Source: Deltaproteobacteria bacterium
Lineage (GTDB): Bacteria; Desulfobacterota; Binatia; UBA12015
DNA: 64,000 bases
Direction: 5' to 3'
Assembly (NCBI GenBank): GCA_016874715.1
Contig: VGTK01000004.1
Location: forward strand, 3,587-67,586
Positions 45,789 to 55,930 of the stretch are shown here, one piece after another (position 1 is the stretch's first letter; each line of letters starts with the position of its first letter). The translations under genes were made by a program, and so were the position numbers. Below the pieces are notes generated by a model that was not told the origin of the DNA, did no database searches, and saw only the letters and a program-made list of their open reading frames with translations.

Positions 45789-45894
45789 GCCGCGACCCGC
45801 CCGGGGAGGACCTGTTTCACGCCGCGACGCCTCGTTGGGAGGCCCTGCGTCACACCGCGACGCCTCGTGGGGAGGCCCTGCGTCACACCGCGAC
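45786..45894. repeat. Tandem repeat, 32-33 bp x about 3.3, spanning the whole thyA-folA spacer
   Basis: Copies at 45786 (32 nt, diverged), 45818 and 45851 (33 nt, cacRccgcgacgcctcgtKgggaggccctgcgt), plus a partial copy from 45884 inside the thyA 3' end. Each copy boundary reads GTGA on the minus strand. Confidence 0.85.
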
Positions 45895-46677
45895 CTGCGC
45901 CTTGATGAGCGGGTGCGGGTCGTAGCCCTCGAGGGCGAGGTCCTCGAAGCGGTAGTCGAAGATCGAGTCGGCGCGTCGCGCGAGCGTGAGCTTCGGCAGG
46001 GGGCGGGGCTCGCGGGTCAGCTGCAGGTGCGCCTGCGCGATGTGATTGACGTACAGGTGGACGTCGCCGAAGCTGTGCACGAAATCGCCGGGCTGGAGGC
46101 CGGTCGCGGCTGCGACCAGGTGCGTCAGCAGCGCGTACGAGGCGAGGTTGAACGGCACGCCGAGGAACACGTCGGCGCTGCGCTGGTAGAGGTGGCAGGA
46201 CAGCCGGCCCCGCGCGACGTAGAACTGGAACAGGCAGTGGCACGGTGCGAGCGCCATGCGGTCGAGGTCGGCGACGTTCCACGCGCTGACGACCAGGCGG
46301 CGCGAGTCCGGGTTGCGGCGGATCTCGTCGACCAGCCAGGCGATCTGGTCGATCGTGCCGCCGTCGCGCGCCGGCCACGAGCGCCACTGGTGGCCGTACA
46401 CGGGGCCGAGGTCGCCGCGCGCGTCGGCCCACTCGTCCCAGATCGTCACACCGTGCTCGTGCAGGTAGCGCACGTTGGTGTCGCCCGAGAGAAACCACAG
46501 CAGCTCGTGCGCGATCGACGGCCAGTGCAGCCGCTTCGTGGTCAGCATCGGAAAGCCGGCATCGAGGTCGAAGCGCAGCTGTCCGCCGAACAGGCTCAGC
46601 GTGCCGGTGCCGGTGCGGTCGCCCTTCTCGACCCCCTCGTCGAGGATCTTCCGCAGCAGATCGAGGTACTGCCTCAT
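45883..46677 (-). CDS. thyA: Thymidylate synthase
   Basis: Track ORF 45883..46779, start moved to ATG 46677 ([31 protein letters not shown]). Active-site [12 protein letters not shown]. Confidence 0.95.
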   Translation of the reverse strand: MRQYLDLLRKILDEGVEKGDRTGTGTLSLFGGQLRFDLDAGFPMLTTKRLHWPSIAHELLWFLSGDTNVRYLHEHGVTIWDEWADARGDLGPVYGHQWRSWPARDGGTIDQIAWLVDEIRRNPDSRRLVVSAWNVADLDRMALAPCHCLFQFYVARGRLSCHLYQRSADVFLGVPFNLASYALLTHLVAAATGLQPGDFVHSFGDVHLYVNHIAQAHLQLTREPRPLPKLTLARRADSIFDYRFEDLALEGYDPHPLIKAQVAV

Positions 46678-46825
46678 CGCGCGGGTCGGTTTACGACAGA
46701 ACGGCCTGGCGCGCGAGGTGGTCACTCGCGCCGGTGCGCGGCGGCGTCTGTGGCGGCGGCACGTGCGGTCACGGGGCAAGCCGGCAGTCGACTCGTCGAG
46801 CCGTGTGGTCTAAGCCTGCAGCGGC

Positions 46826-47623
46826 ATGCTCCCGGGGATCGATCTGCCGAACTGGATCGTCGGCTGCGTCACGATCGCCCTGTTCGTCGGGCTCTCTGTC
46901 GCAGGCCTCGCATGGTCGCGGCGCTGGAGCCGCGAGCGCGGCCTGCACGCGCTGGTCGACAACGGGGTGATCGGCTGGGTCTTCTCGGCCATCGTGGGCA
47001 TCTACGCGATCGCCATCGGGCTGATCGCGGTTGCGACCTGGGGAAACGCCTCCGAGGCGTCGAGCGCCGCGTCGCACGAGGCTGCGGCCGTCGCCGCGCT
47101 CTTTCGCGACGTCGGGGGCTACCCGCAGCCGCGGCGTGGCGAGCTCGAGAGACTGGTGCGCGACTACACGAGCGAGGTGATCGAGACCGACTGGCCGCTG
47201 CAGCGGCTCGGCGAGGTGCCGCTGACCGGGGCGCGGGTTCTCGACGACATCCAGCGCAGTCTCTACGCGTACGAACCGGCGACGATCGGGCAGGGCGTCG
47301 TCCACGCCGAGGTGCTCGACAGCTTCAACCAGGTGGTCGAGTGGCGGCGCCTGCGGCTCGAGGCGGTCGAGTACGCCTTGCCGGGGACGCTCTGGGGGAT
47401 CCTGCTGATCGGCGCCGCGATCGCCGTCGGTGCGTCGTTCGTCTTCAACATGGACAGCTTCCAGGTCCACGCGGTGATGTCGGGGCTGCTCGCCGCGATG
47501 ATCGGCCTGCTGGTGTTCTTCATCATGGTCACCGATCACCCCTACCACGGGCAGACGGGCGTGAGCCCCGAGGCGTTCGCGCTGGCCCTGCGCGAGCAGA
47601 TGTCCGCTCCCAGCGGGCACTGA
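46826..47623 (+). CDS. DUF4239-like membrane protein
   Basis: Track ORF 46826..47623. Transmembrane segments at both ends flank a soluble core. Family call from memory of overall layout only. Confidence 0.5.
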   Translation: MLPGIDLPNWIVGCVTIALFVGLSVAGLAWSRRWSRERGLHALVDNGVIGWVFSAIVGIYAIAIGLIAVATWGNASEASSAASHEAAAVAALFRDVGGYPQPRRGELERLVRDYTSEVIETDWPLQRLGEVPLTGARVLDDIQRSLYAYEPATIGQGVVHAEVLDSFNQVVEWRRLRLEAVEYALPGTLWGILLIGAAIAVGASFVFNMDSFQVHAVMSGLLAAMIGLLVFFIMVTDHPYHGQTGVSPEAFALALREQMSAPSGH

Positions 47624-47677
47624 CGGCGAGCCGGAGCGATTTTGCGCGGCACCGCGCAGCCGCGCTAGACAGGTGGC

Positions 47678-48709
47678 GTGAAGCCCGAAGAGATCGCCGC
47701 GCGCTTGACGCCGTTGCTCGAGCGCGAGACCGGCGGCCCCGTGCAGATCGCCAACGTGCGCACGATGACGGGTGGCGCCACGCGCGAGGCCTGGTCACTC
47801 GACGCGACGATCAGCGAAGCCGGGCAGCCGCGCGATCTCGGGCTCGTGCTGCTGATCTTCCGGCCCGGCGGGCAGCGCGCGTTCTCCGCGCGCGACGAGT
47901 TCCGCCTGCTCGCGGCGACGCGCGCCGCCGGGGCGCCGGTGCCGAAGCCGATGTTCGTCGGCGAGGCCGAGCTCGGTCGGCCCTTCTACGTGATGGAGCG
48001 GCTGAGCGGCGAGACCATCGGCCGCCGGCTGGTGCGCGAGGAGCGCTTCGCGGAGGCGCGTCGCGTGCTGCCCGTGCAGCTCGCCGAGGCACTCGCCGCG
48101 ATCCACCGGGTGCCGCTCGACGGCCGCAGCGGCAGCGATCCGCTGACCTTCCTGCCGCGACCGGAGCCCGGCAAGTCGGCCGTCGCGAGCGAGCTCGTGC
48201 GCCTCGAGGCCATGTACCGCCAGATCGCCGTCGAACCGCACCCCGCGTTCGAGATCGCGTTCCGCTGGCTCGCCGAGCGGCAGCCGACGAGCAGCGACGT
48301 GGCGCTCGTCCACGGCGACTTCCGCATCGGCAACGTCATGGTCGGCGAGGAGGGCCTGCGCGCCGTGCTCGACTGGGAGCTCGCGCACGCGGGCGATCCG
48401 TTCGAGGACCTGGGATGGCTCTGCGTGCGTTCGTGGCGCTTCGGCGTCGACCACCTGCCGATGGGCGGCATCGCGCGCCGCGCGGAGCTGTTCGACGCCT
48501 ACGCGCGGGCGAGCGGGCGCGCGGTCGATCCGGAGGTCGTGCGCTTCTGGGAGGTGTACGGCAACCTGCGCTGGGGCGTCTTCACGCTGGTGCAGGTGCG
48601 CTCCTTTCTCGAGGGCCTGTCGAGCAGCGTGGAGCTCGCGAGCATCGGCCGGCGCACCGCCGAGACCGAGTGGGAGCTGCTCAACCTGATCGAAGGGAAG
48701 GGCTTCTGA
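47678..48709 (+). CDS. Phosphotransferase (APH/choline kinase-like) family protein
   Basis: Track ORF 47678..48709 (GTG start). Catalytic loop VHGDFRIGNVMV and LDWELA. Confidence 0.8.
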   Translation: MKPEEIAARLTPLLERETGGPVQIANVRTMTGGATREAWSLDATISEAGQPRDLGLVLLIFRPGGQRAFSARDEFRLLAATRAAGAPVPKPMFVGEAELGRPFYVMERLSGETIGRRLVREERFAEARRVLPVQLAEALAAIHRVPLDGRSGSDPLTFLPRPEPGKSAVASELVRLEAMYRQIAVEPHPAFEIAFRWLAERQPTSSDVALVHGDFRIGNVMVGEEGLRAVLDWELAHAGDPFEDLGWLCVRSWRFGVDHLPMGGIARRAELFDAYARASGRAVDPEVVRFWEVYGNLRWGVFTLVQVRSFLEGLSSSVELASIGRRTAETEWELLNLIEGKGF

Positions 48710-49107
48710 TGCAGGACCGGCCGACGATCCACGAGCTGCTGCGGGCGGTCGAGAGCTTCTTGCGCGACGACGTCGTGCCGGCCACCGAAGGTCGCCGGCA
48801 GTTCCTCGCGCGCGTCGCGGCGAACGCCATCGGGCTCGTCGAGCGCGAGCTGCAGGGGGAGGCCGAGCACGCCGCGCGCGAGTGGGCGGGACTCGACGCG
48901 CTGCTCGGCGCGGAGCCCATGCCCGGCGGGCGCGACGCGCTCGCGGCGGCCGTCCGCGCGCGCAACGAGGCGCTCGGGGCGCGCATCCGGGCCGGCGAGT
49001 ACGACGCGGAGCCCGCGGCGCTCCTGGCGCACGTCCGTGCGACGGTTCGCGACAAGCTTCTCGTCACGAACCGGGCCTACCTCGAAGCCGACGGCGACCT
49101 GGGGTAG
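48709..49107 (+). CDS. DUF6285-like small protein, usual partner of the phosphotransferase
   Basis: C-terminus of track ORF 45652..49107, from ATG 48709 (1-nt overlap with the upstream stop). MQDRPTIHELLRAVESFLRDDVVPATEGRRQFLARVAANAIGLVEREL. Confidence 0.6.
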   Translation: MQDRPTIHELLRAVESFLRDDVVPATEGRRQFLARVAANAIGLVERELQGEAEHAAREWAGLDALLGAEPMPGGRDALAAAVRARNEALGARIRAGEYDAEPAALLAHVRATVRDKLLVTNRAYLEADGDLG

Positions 49108-49222
49108 TGCAGCCGGGTGCGGCGTACGGGCCAGCCCGACCGGGAGTCCGGCGCGAGTACGTGGAACGCGCGTTGCTGAGCTGCTAGCCTCCCGCCACGT
49201 TTCGACACAAGGAGCGATCAAG

Positions 49223-49549
49223 ATGGCAAACGTTCAGGACGTCAGCGACGCAACCTTCGACGCCGAGGTGTTGCAGGCCAGCACACCGGTTCTCATCGAC
49301 TTCTGGGCGCCGTGGTGCGGTCCCTGCCGCGCGATCGCACCGGTGGTCGAGGAGCTCGCCAGCGAGTACGCCGGCAAGCTCAAGGTCGTGAAGATGAACG
49401 TCGACGACAACCAGCAGACCCCGAGCCGCTATGGCGTGCGCGGTATCCCCAACCTGATCGTGTTCAAGGGGGGCAAGGTCCACGAGCAGATCGTGGGTGC
49501 CGTGCCGAAGAGCCGCCTTGCGCAGGCCGTTCAGAGCGCCGTGGGGTGA
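49223..49549 (+). CDS. trxA: Thioredoxin
   Basis: C-terminus of track ORF 49037..49549, from ATG 49223 preceded by AAGGAG. Active site WAPWCGPCR. Confidence 0.95.
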   Translation: MANVQDVSDATFDAEVLQASTPVLIDFWAPWCGPCRAIAPVVEELASEYAGKLKVVKMNVDDNQQTPSRYGVRGIPNLIVFKGGKVHEQIVGAVPKSRLAQAVQSAVG

Positions 49550-49560
49550 AGAGCCGGGCG

Positions 49561-49582
49561 GAGGGGACCTCGGGGTCCCCTC
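49561..49582. terminator. Stem-loop between convergent trxA and the DUF4956 gene
   Basis: GAGGGGACC-tcgg-GGTCCCCTC, a perfect 9-bp stem 12 nt after the trxA stop. Followed by TGTGG (weak U tract). Confidence 0.5.
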
Positions 49583-49618
49583 TGTGGCTCCCCCCGGGGC
49601 AGGACACCGGGCCGACGC

Positions 49619-50089
49619 TCAGTCCGCGTCGTCGGCCGGCCCGCTCTTCGTGTCCGCCGGCCCTTCGAGGCCCATCGGCAGGAAGTGGAAGAGCAGGATC
49701 AGCAGGCAGATGACGCCGGTCGCCATCAGCGCCTCGACCACCTCGCCGACACCGCAGGCGAGGCCGATCACGACCGAGGCGAGGGCGAACGTGATGTCGA
49801 GGCCGTCGGACACCTTCAGGCGGTAGAAGCGGATCACCGAGAACGCGCCCCACACGCCCAGAGCGCGCGTGACGCTGTGTCCGATCAGCGAGATGACGGT
49901 CGACACCAGCGCGCCGAGCAGAACGAGCGAGAGCGCGAAGTCGCGGTCGTAGGCCTTCTTGCCGCGGTAGGTGATGCGGTAGAGGAGCGCGAAGAGGTAC
50001 GAGCAGAACGTCGCGGTCAGCATCGAGACCAGGACGATCTTCGGATCGACCTCGACGTGCTTCGCAAGATCCTGGAACAGGGTTTCCAT
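49619..50089 (-). CDS. DUF4956 family membrane protein
   Basis: Track ORF 49619..50089. YRITYRGKKAYDRDFALSLVLLGALVSTVISLIG and WGAFSVIRFYR..ITFALASVVIGLACGVG match the family pattern as I remember it. Confidence 0.65.
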   Translation of the reverse strand: METLFQDLAKHVEVDPKIVLVSMLTATFCSYLFALLYRITYRGKKAYDRDFALSLVLLGALVSTVISLIGHSVTRALGVWGAFSVIRFYRLKVSDGLDITFALASVVIGLACGVGEVVEALMATGVICLLILLFHFLPMGLEGPADTKSGPADDAD

Positions 50090-50150
50090 CGGTCATTCTC
50101 CCTGCGCCGCACCGGCGCCGCGCGGGCCGTCCCCTCGACGGGATCAGGCG

Positions 50151-51287
50151 TCAGAGGTTGGGAATGCGATCCTTCGAGAAGCGTCGCATGTTGACGTTGA
50201 TCACCAGCCCGAGCCCCGCCATCAGGGTGACCAGCGACGATCCGCCGTAGCTGAAGAACGGCAGCGTGATGCCGACGACGGGCAGCATGCCGGTCGTCAT
50301 GCCCAGGTTGATCACCGCCTGCCAGAGGACGTTCGACAGCACGCCGAACGCGAGCAGCGCGCCGAAGCGCTCCTTCGCCCGTCCGACGACGACCAGCCCG
50401 CGCATCATGAGCGCGAGGTAGAGCGAGATCAGGATCGTCGCCCCGACGAAGCCCCACTCCTCGGAGAACACCGAGAAGATGAAGTCGGTGTGCTGCTCGG
50501 GCAGGAAGTGCAGCTGGTTCTGGGTGCCGTGCAGGAAGCCCTTGCCGTAGAGCCCGCCCGACCCGATGGCGATCTTCGACTGGATGACGTGGTAGCCGGC
50601 GCCGAGCGGATCGAGCTCGGGGCTCAGAAAGGTCTCGATGCGCTTGAGCTGGTAAGGCTTGAGGTGCGACATCAGGTACGGCATCGCGGGCAGCACCGAG
50701 AGCGCGACGCCGCCGATGATCGCCCACGTCCGCGGGCTCGGACCCGCGAGCACGACCATGCTCGCCACCACGAAGCAGAACACGCCCGCGGTGCCGAGGT
50801 CGGGCTGGGCGAGGATCAGGGCGACCGGCGGCAGGGACAGCAGCGCCGGGACGGCGAGGTCGCGCAGGCGAAGCCCTTCCGGGCGCATCGAGCGGTGGAA
50901 GTAGCGCGCCAGCACGATGATGAGCGCGAGCTTCATCATCTCCGACGGCTGCAGCGAGAAGAACCCGAAGTCGAGCCAGCGCTTGGAGCCGTTGGTCGTC
51001 GAGCCGATCACCGGGACCGCGAGCAGCAGCGCGAGCCCGGCGGCGTAGGCGACGTACGCATAGCGCTCGAGCTTTCGGTAGTCGAAGGCGACCATGATCA
51101 GGGCGCCCAGCACGCCGAGCGTGGCCCACATCGCCTGGCGGGCCGCGAAGATGGCGCCGCGCGACGATGCCGGATCGTAGTCCGCGCTGTACACCGAGAC
51201 CGTGCCGATGCCCACGATGGCGAGCATCAGCAGCATCAGGACGAAGTCGAAGTGGTAGACGAGACGGCGGTCGAACATCAGCCGCAT
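50151..51287 (-). CDS. rodA: Rod shape-determining protein RodA (SEDS family)
   Basis: C-terminal 378 codons of track ORF 50151..52043, from ATG 51287. LQPSEMMKLALII, HTDFIFSVFSEEWGFVG and GITLPFFSYGGSS. Confidence 0.9.
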   Translation of the reverse strand: MRLMFDRRLVYHFDFVLMLLMLAIVGIGTVSVYSADYDPASSRGAIFAARQAMWATLGVLGALIMVAFDYRKLERYAYVAYAAGLALLLAVPVIGSTTNGSKRWLDFGFFSLQPSEMMKLALIIVLARYFHRSMRPEGLRLRDLAVPALLSLPPVALILAQPDLGTAGVFCFVVASMVVLAGPSPRTWAIIGGVALSVLPAMPYLMSHLKPYQLKRIETFLSPELDPLGAGYHVIQSKIAIGSGGLYGKGFLHGTQNQLHFLPEQHTDFIFSVFSEEWGFVGATILISLYLALMMRGLVVVGRAKERFGALLAFGVLSNVLWQAVINLGMTTGMLPVVGITLPFFSYGGSSLVTLMAGLGLVINVNMRRFSKDRIPNL

Positions 51288-51288
51288 G

Positions 51289-53148
51289 TCAGGCTCCGCG
51301 CTCGGGCGTCCCGGCGGACGCGACCTGGTAGGACCGTCCGCGCGTGAGCGCGAAGTAGAAGTCCGCGACGTCGTGGGCGACCGGCGCTGCGACCGCGCCG
51401 CCGCCGCCGCCGGCGTGCTCGATGAGCACCGCGATGGCGATCTCGGGTGCGTCGACCGGCGCGAAGGCGACGAACCAGGCGTGGTCGCGCAGATGGCGGG
51501 CCAGGTTGTGCGTCTTGGTCTGCTTGCCCATCTTGAAGACCTGCGACGTTCCGGTCTTCCCGCCGACGTCGATGTTCGGCAGCTTCGCCTTCTTGCCCGT
51601 GCCCCTCGGCGCGTTGACCACGTCGCGCAGCGCCTCGCGGAGCTGCAGCAGGGTCGACTTGCGGAGCCCCGCCGTGCCGACGACCTCGGGCAGGATCTCC
51701 TCGACGACGTCCCCCGCCGCGTTCTCGATGCGGCGGACGAAGTGCGGCCGGTAGCGTGTGCCGCCGTTGGCGACGGTCGCGATGACGCTCGCCATCTGCA
51801 GCGGCGTCGCCAGCACGTATCCCTGGCCGATCGCGACCGACAGCGTCTCGCCCTGGAACCACGGCTCGCCGAAGCGCGCCCGCTTCCACCCGGTGGACGG
51901 GATGAGCCCCGGCTTCTCGTGGTCGAGCGCGATGCCCGTGGGCTCGCCGAGGCCGAAGCGGTGCGAGTAGTCGGCGATGGCGTCGACGCCGAGCTTGACG
52001 CCGACCTGGTAGAAGTACACGTCGCAGGACTCGACGAGCGCACGGTGCAGGTCCACGCTGCCGTGGCCGCCCCTCTTCCAGCAGCGAAACGTGCGGTTCG
52101 CGAACCGGTAGCTGCCGCCGCAGAAGATGCGCGTGAACGGCGTGACCTGGCCCTCCTCGAGCGCCGCTGCGGCGGTGACGATCTTGAAGGTCGAACCCGG
52201 CGGGTACTGCCCGTGGATCGCGCGGTTGTTGAGCGGCTTCAGCCGGTCGCCGGTCAGCTGGCGCCACTCGTCGCGGCGGATGCCGCGCGCGAACACGTTC
52301 GGATCGAAGGTGGGCTTGCTCACCATCGCGAGAATCTCGCCGGTGTCGGGCTTCATGACGACGACCGAGCCCTGGTGCTCCGCCATGCGCTGCTCGATGA
52401 ACAGCTGCAGGCGGCGGTCGACGCTCAGGATCATGTTGTTGCCCTGGGTCTGCGGAACGCGCGACAGCACGCGCAGCTTGCGTCCCAGGGCGTCGACCTC
52501 GATCTGCTGTCCTCCCGGAACGCCGCGCAGCCGCGTCTCCCACGACTTCTCGGCGCCCGCCTTGCCGATCAGATCGCCCATGCGGTAGCCGGGATTCTGT
52601 CCAAGCTCCGACTCCGAGATCTCGCCGACGTAGCCGAACAGGTGCGAGCCGACGGGTCCGTACGGGTAGGTTCGCAGCGGCCCGGCGTCGAGGCTCACGC
52701 CGGGGAGCTCGAGCTGGTGGGTCTCGAGAGCGACCACGGCGTCGTAGTCGACGTCGCGCCGGATGACGAGGCTCTCGTAGGGCGGGCGGCCGCGCGCGGC
52801 CTGGACGAGCTGCTTGACGTTCAGGTCGGGGACGCGCAGGAAGCGCGCCACGCGCTGGATCGTGGCGGCCAGGTCCTCCGTGTCCTCGGGGACGACGACC
52901 ACGTCGAACGAGGGGCGGTTGTCGACCAGCGGGTCGCCGTTGCGGTCGTAGATCAGGCCGCGTGTCGCGGCGAGACGCTGCAGGCGGATGCGGTTGTTCT
53001 CCGACAGCGAGCGCCAGGTTTCGCCCTGTCCGACCTGCAGGCGGTAGAGCCGCAGCCCGATGCCGGCGAACAGGCCCGCCACGCCGACGCCGCAGATCAG
53101 CAGGCGGCGGCGGAGCTCGTTCGTCCCCTCGCGGCTATTCAGCTGCAT
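51289..53148 (-). CDS. mrdA: Penicillin-binding protein 2
   Basis: Track ORF 51289..53148. RGLIYDRNGDPLV, active-site PPGSTFKIVTAAAAL and the KTG motif GGKTGTSQ. Confidence 0.9.
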   Translation of the reverse strand: MQLNSREGTNELRRRLLICGVGVAGLFAGIGLRLYRLQVGQGETWRSLSENNRIRLQRLAATRGLIYDRNGDPLVDNRPSFDVVVVPEDTEDLAATIQRVARFLRVPDLNVKQLVQAARGRPPYESLVIRRDVDYDAVVALETHQLELPGVSLDAGPLRTYPYGPVGSHLFGYVGEISESELGQNPGYRMGDLIGKAGAEKSWETRLRGVPGGQQIEVDALGRKLRVLSRVPQTQGNNMILSVDRRLQLFIEQRMAEHQGSVVVMKPDTGEILAMVSKPTFDPNVFARGIRRDEWRQLTGDRLKPLNNRAIHGQYPPGSTFKIVTAAAALEEGQVTPFTRIFCGGSYRFANRTFRCWKRGGHGSVDLHRALVESCDVYFYQVGVKLGVDAIADYSHRFGLGEPTGIALDHEKPGLIPSTGWKRARFGEPWFQGETLSVAIGQGYVLATPLQMASVIATVANGGTRYRPHFVRRIENAAGDVVEEILPEVVGTAGLRKSTLLQLREALRDVVNAPRGTGKKAKLPNIDVGGKTGTSQVFKMGKQTKTHNLARHLRDHAWFVAFAPVDAPEIAIAVLIEHAGGGGGAVAAPVAHDVADFYFALTRGRSYQVASAGTPERGA

Positions 53149-53638
53149 GCTGCCTCGCCGATCGCGGCAGATAGCTGTCGAGCGCCGCGAACACCGCGGG
53201 TGCGCAGACCAGCGCCAGCAGCGCCTCGAGGGTCAGCGTTCGCAGGACGAACCACCAGTTCACGGCGCGCGTCGACCCGACCGCGAAGTAGAGCACCACC
53301 GTGACGATCTTCACCGCCGATCCGAGCGCCACGGCGGCGATGTTCGACATGGGGTTCTCCATCCATAGGCGCTTCGAGACGAGGTATACCATCCCGAAGA
53401 CGAGGGTCATGGTCACGCAGTGGAGACCGGGCACGGCTCCGGAGAACGTGTCGAGCAGGTAGCCCAGCAGGAACGCTCCGACGGCCCCGCCCGCCGAATG
53501 GTAGTGCAGCCCGAGGTACACGCAGAGCGTGACGATCAGGTCGGGGGCCGCCGGCAGGAAGGGCACCCGCTGTACCAGGGTGGTCTGCACCACCACGGCA
53601 AGCACGCCGGCCACGGCGAAGATCAGGACCGACCGCAT
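53135..53638 (-). CDS. mreD: Rod shape-determining protein MreD
   Basis: Track ORF 53135..53638. Small polytopic protein between mreC and mrdA. Confidence 0.8.
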   Translation of the reverse strand: MRSVLIFAVAGVLAVVVQTTLVQRVPFLPAAPDLIVTLCVYLGLHYHSAGGAVGAFLLGYLLDTFSGAVPGLHCVTMTLVFGMVYLVSKRLWMENPMSNIAAVALGSAVKIVTVVLYFAVGSTRAVNWWFVLRTLTLEALLALVCAPAVFAALDSYLPRSARQHAAE

Positions 53639-53643
53639 CGCGC

Positions 53644-54522
53644 TCAGCCGCCCTGCTGCTCCGCGGTGGTCGGCACTTCGGGCGACGCCTCCGGAGGCAC
53701 CTCGTTCTCCGGGGCCTCGACCACCATGACCTCCTCGAGCTTGTTGAAGTCCACCGCGGGCTCGACCTCGGCCGTCTGGAACAGGCCGCCCTCCTCGCGC
53801 GACAGGCGGCTGATCGCCCCGACCACCACGCCGCGCGGGAAGATGCCGTCGAGCCCGGAGGTCGCGACGAGGTCACCGACGCGGATATCCTCGCGGTGCT
53901 TCACGTACTTCAGCTGGCACCCGCCGTGCAGGCTGCCCTCGACGATTCCGCGGGCACGGCTGCGCTGCACGAGCACGTCGACGCCGCTCGACGGATCGTC
54001 GAGCAGCAGCACGCGCGCCGCGTTCGGGCTGGTCGACACCACCCGGCCCACGACGCCCGCGGGCGAGACCACGGCCATGCCCTTCTGCACGCCGTCGCGC
54101 TCGCCCTTGTTCACCGTCGCGGTCCGGAACAGCCCGCTCGCGTCGATGCCGGTGATGCGCGCCGCGACCGACTGTCCGGGCATCCCCTCGCGGAGGTCGA
54201 GCAGTGCCTGCAGGCGTGCGTTCTGGCTCGCGACGGTCGCCACGCGCTCGGCCTGGCTCTCGAGCTCCCGCACCCGGCGGCGCAGCCACTCGCGCTCCTG
54301 GCGTACGCCGACGAGGTCGACGTACGTCTGCCAGGTGCCGATCATCGTGCTCGACACCGTGCTCAGCAGGTGGCTGATCGGCGTGATGATCTCGAGGAAC
54401 ACGACTCCCAGCGGGTCGATGCGCCGCGACGTGCGCGTGTTGGTCACCAGCAAGGCGAGCGACACCACCAGGAGCGTGCCCGTGGTGAACAGGACCGAGT
54501 AGCGGCGGAGGAGGTTCAGCAC
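53644..54522 (-). CDS. mreC: Rod shape-determining protein MreC
   Basis: Track ORF 53644..54522 (GTG start). Membrane anchor, coiled coil ENARLQALLDLRE and GLDGIFPRGVVVG. Confidence 0.85.
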   Translation of the reverse strand: MLNLLRRYSVLFTTGTLLVVSLALLVTNTRTSRRIDPLGVVFLEIITPISHLLSTVSSTMIGTWQTYVDLVGVRQEREWLRRRVRELESQAERVATVASQNARLQALLDLREGMPGQSVAARITGIDASGLFRTATVNKGERDGVQKGMAVVSPAGVVGRVVSTSPNAARVLLLDDPSSGVDVLVQRSRARGIVEGSLHGGCQLKYVKHREDIRVGDLVATSGLDGIFPRGVVVGAISRLSREEGGLFQTAEVEPAVDFNKLEEVMVVEAPENEVPPEASPEVPTTAEQQGG

Positions 54523-54672
54523 GGCGCTCTCCCCGCCCGAGCAGGCTCCAGACGACTCTCTCCCCGGCGGAGAGGTCTCGCACCGCGAACGCCGGTCCGC
54601 GCCACGCGGCGTCCGGGCCGCCGAGCCCGCGTCATGGCCTGGTTTCCGATGGCTGCCGCCGTAGACGCTCCG

Positions 54673-55776
<1,104 letters not shown>

Positions 55777-55930
55777 TCACTACCAGATGCCATTTGGGGG
55801 GGCAACGGAGAACGGCCGCCGGGCGTCGTGATTCGCCGTTCGCGCCCGCTTCCCGTGCCGGCCGGCCGGGGCCGATGGCGGGCGGCGGGCGGGCGTTGCC
55901 TTCGACAGGGCGGCGCACTACCGTGGCCGG

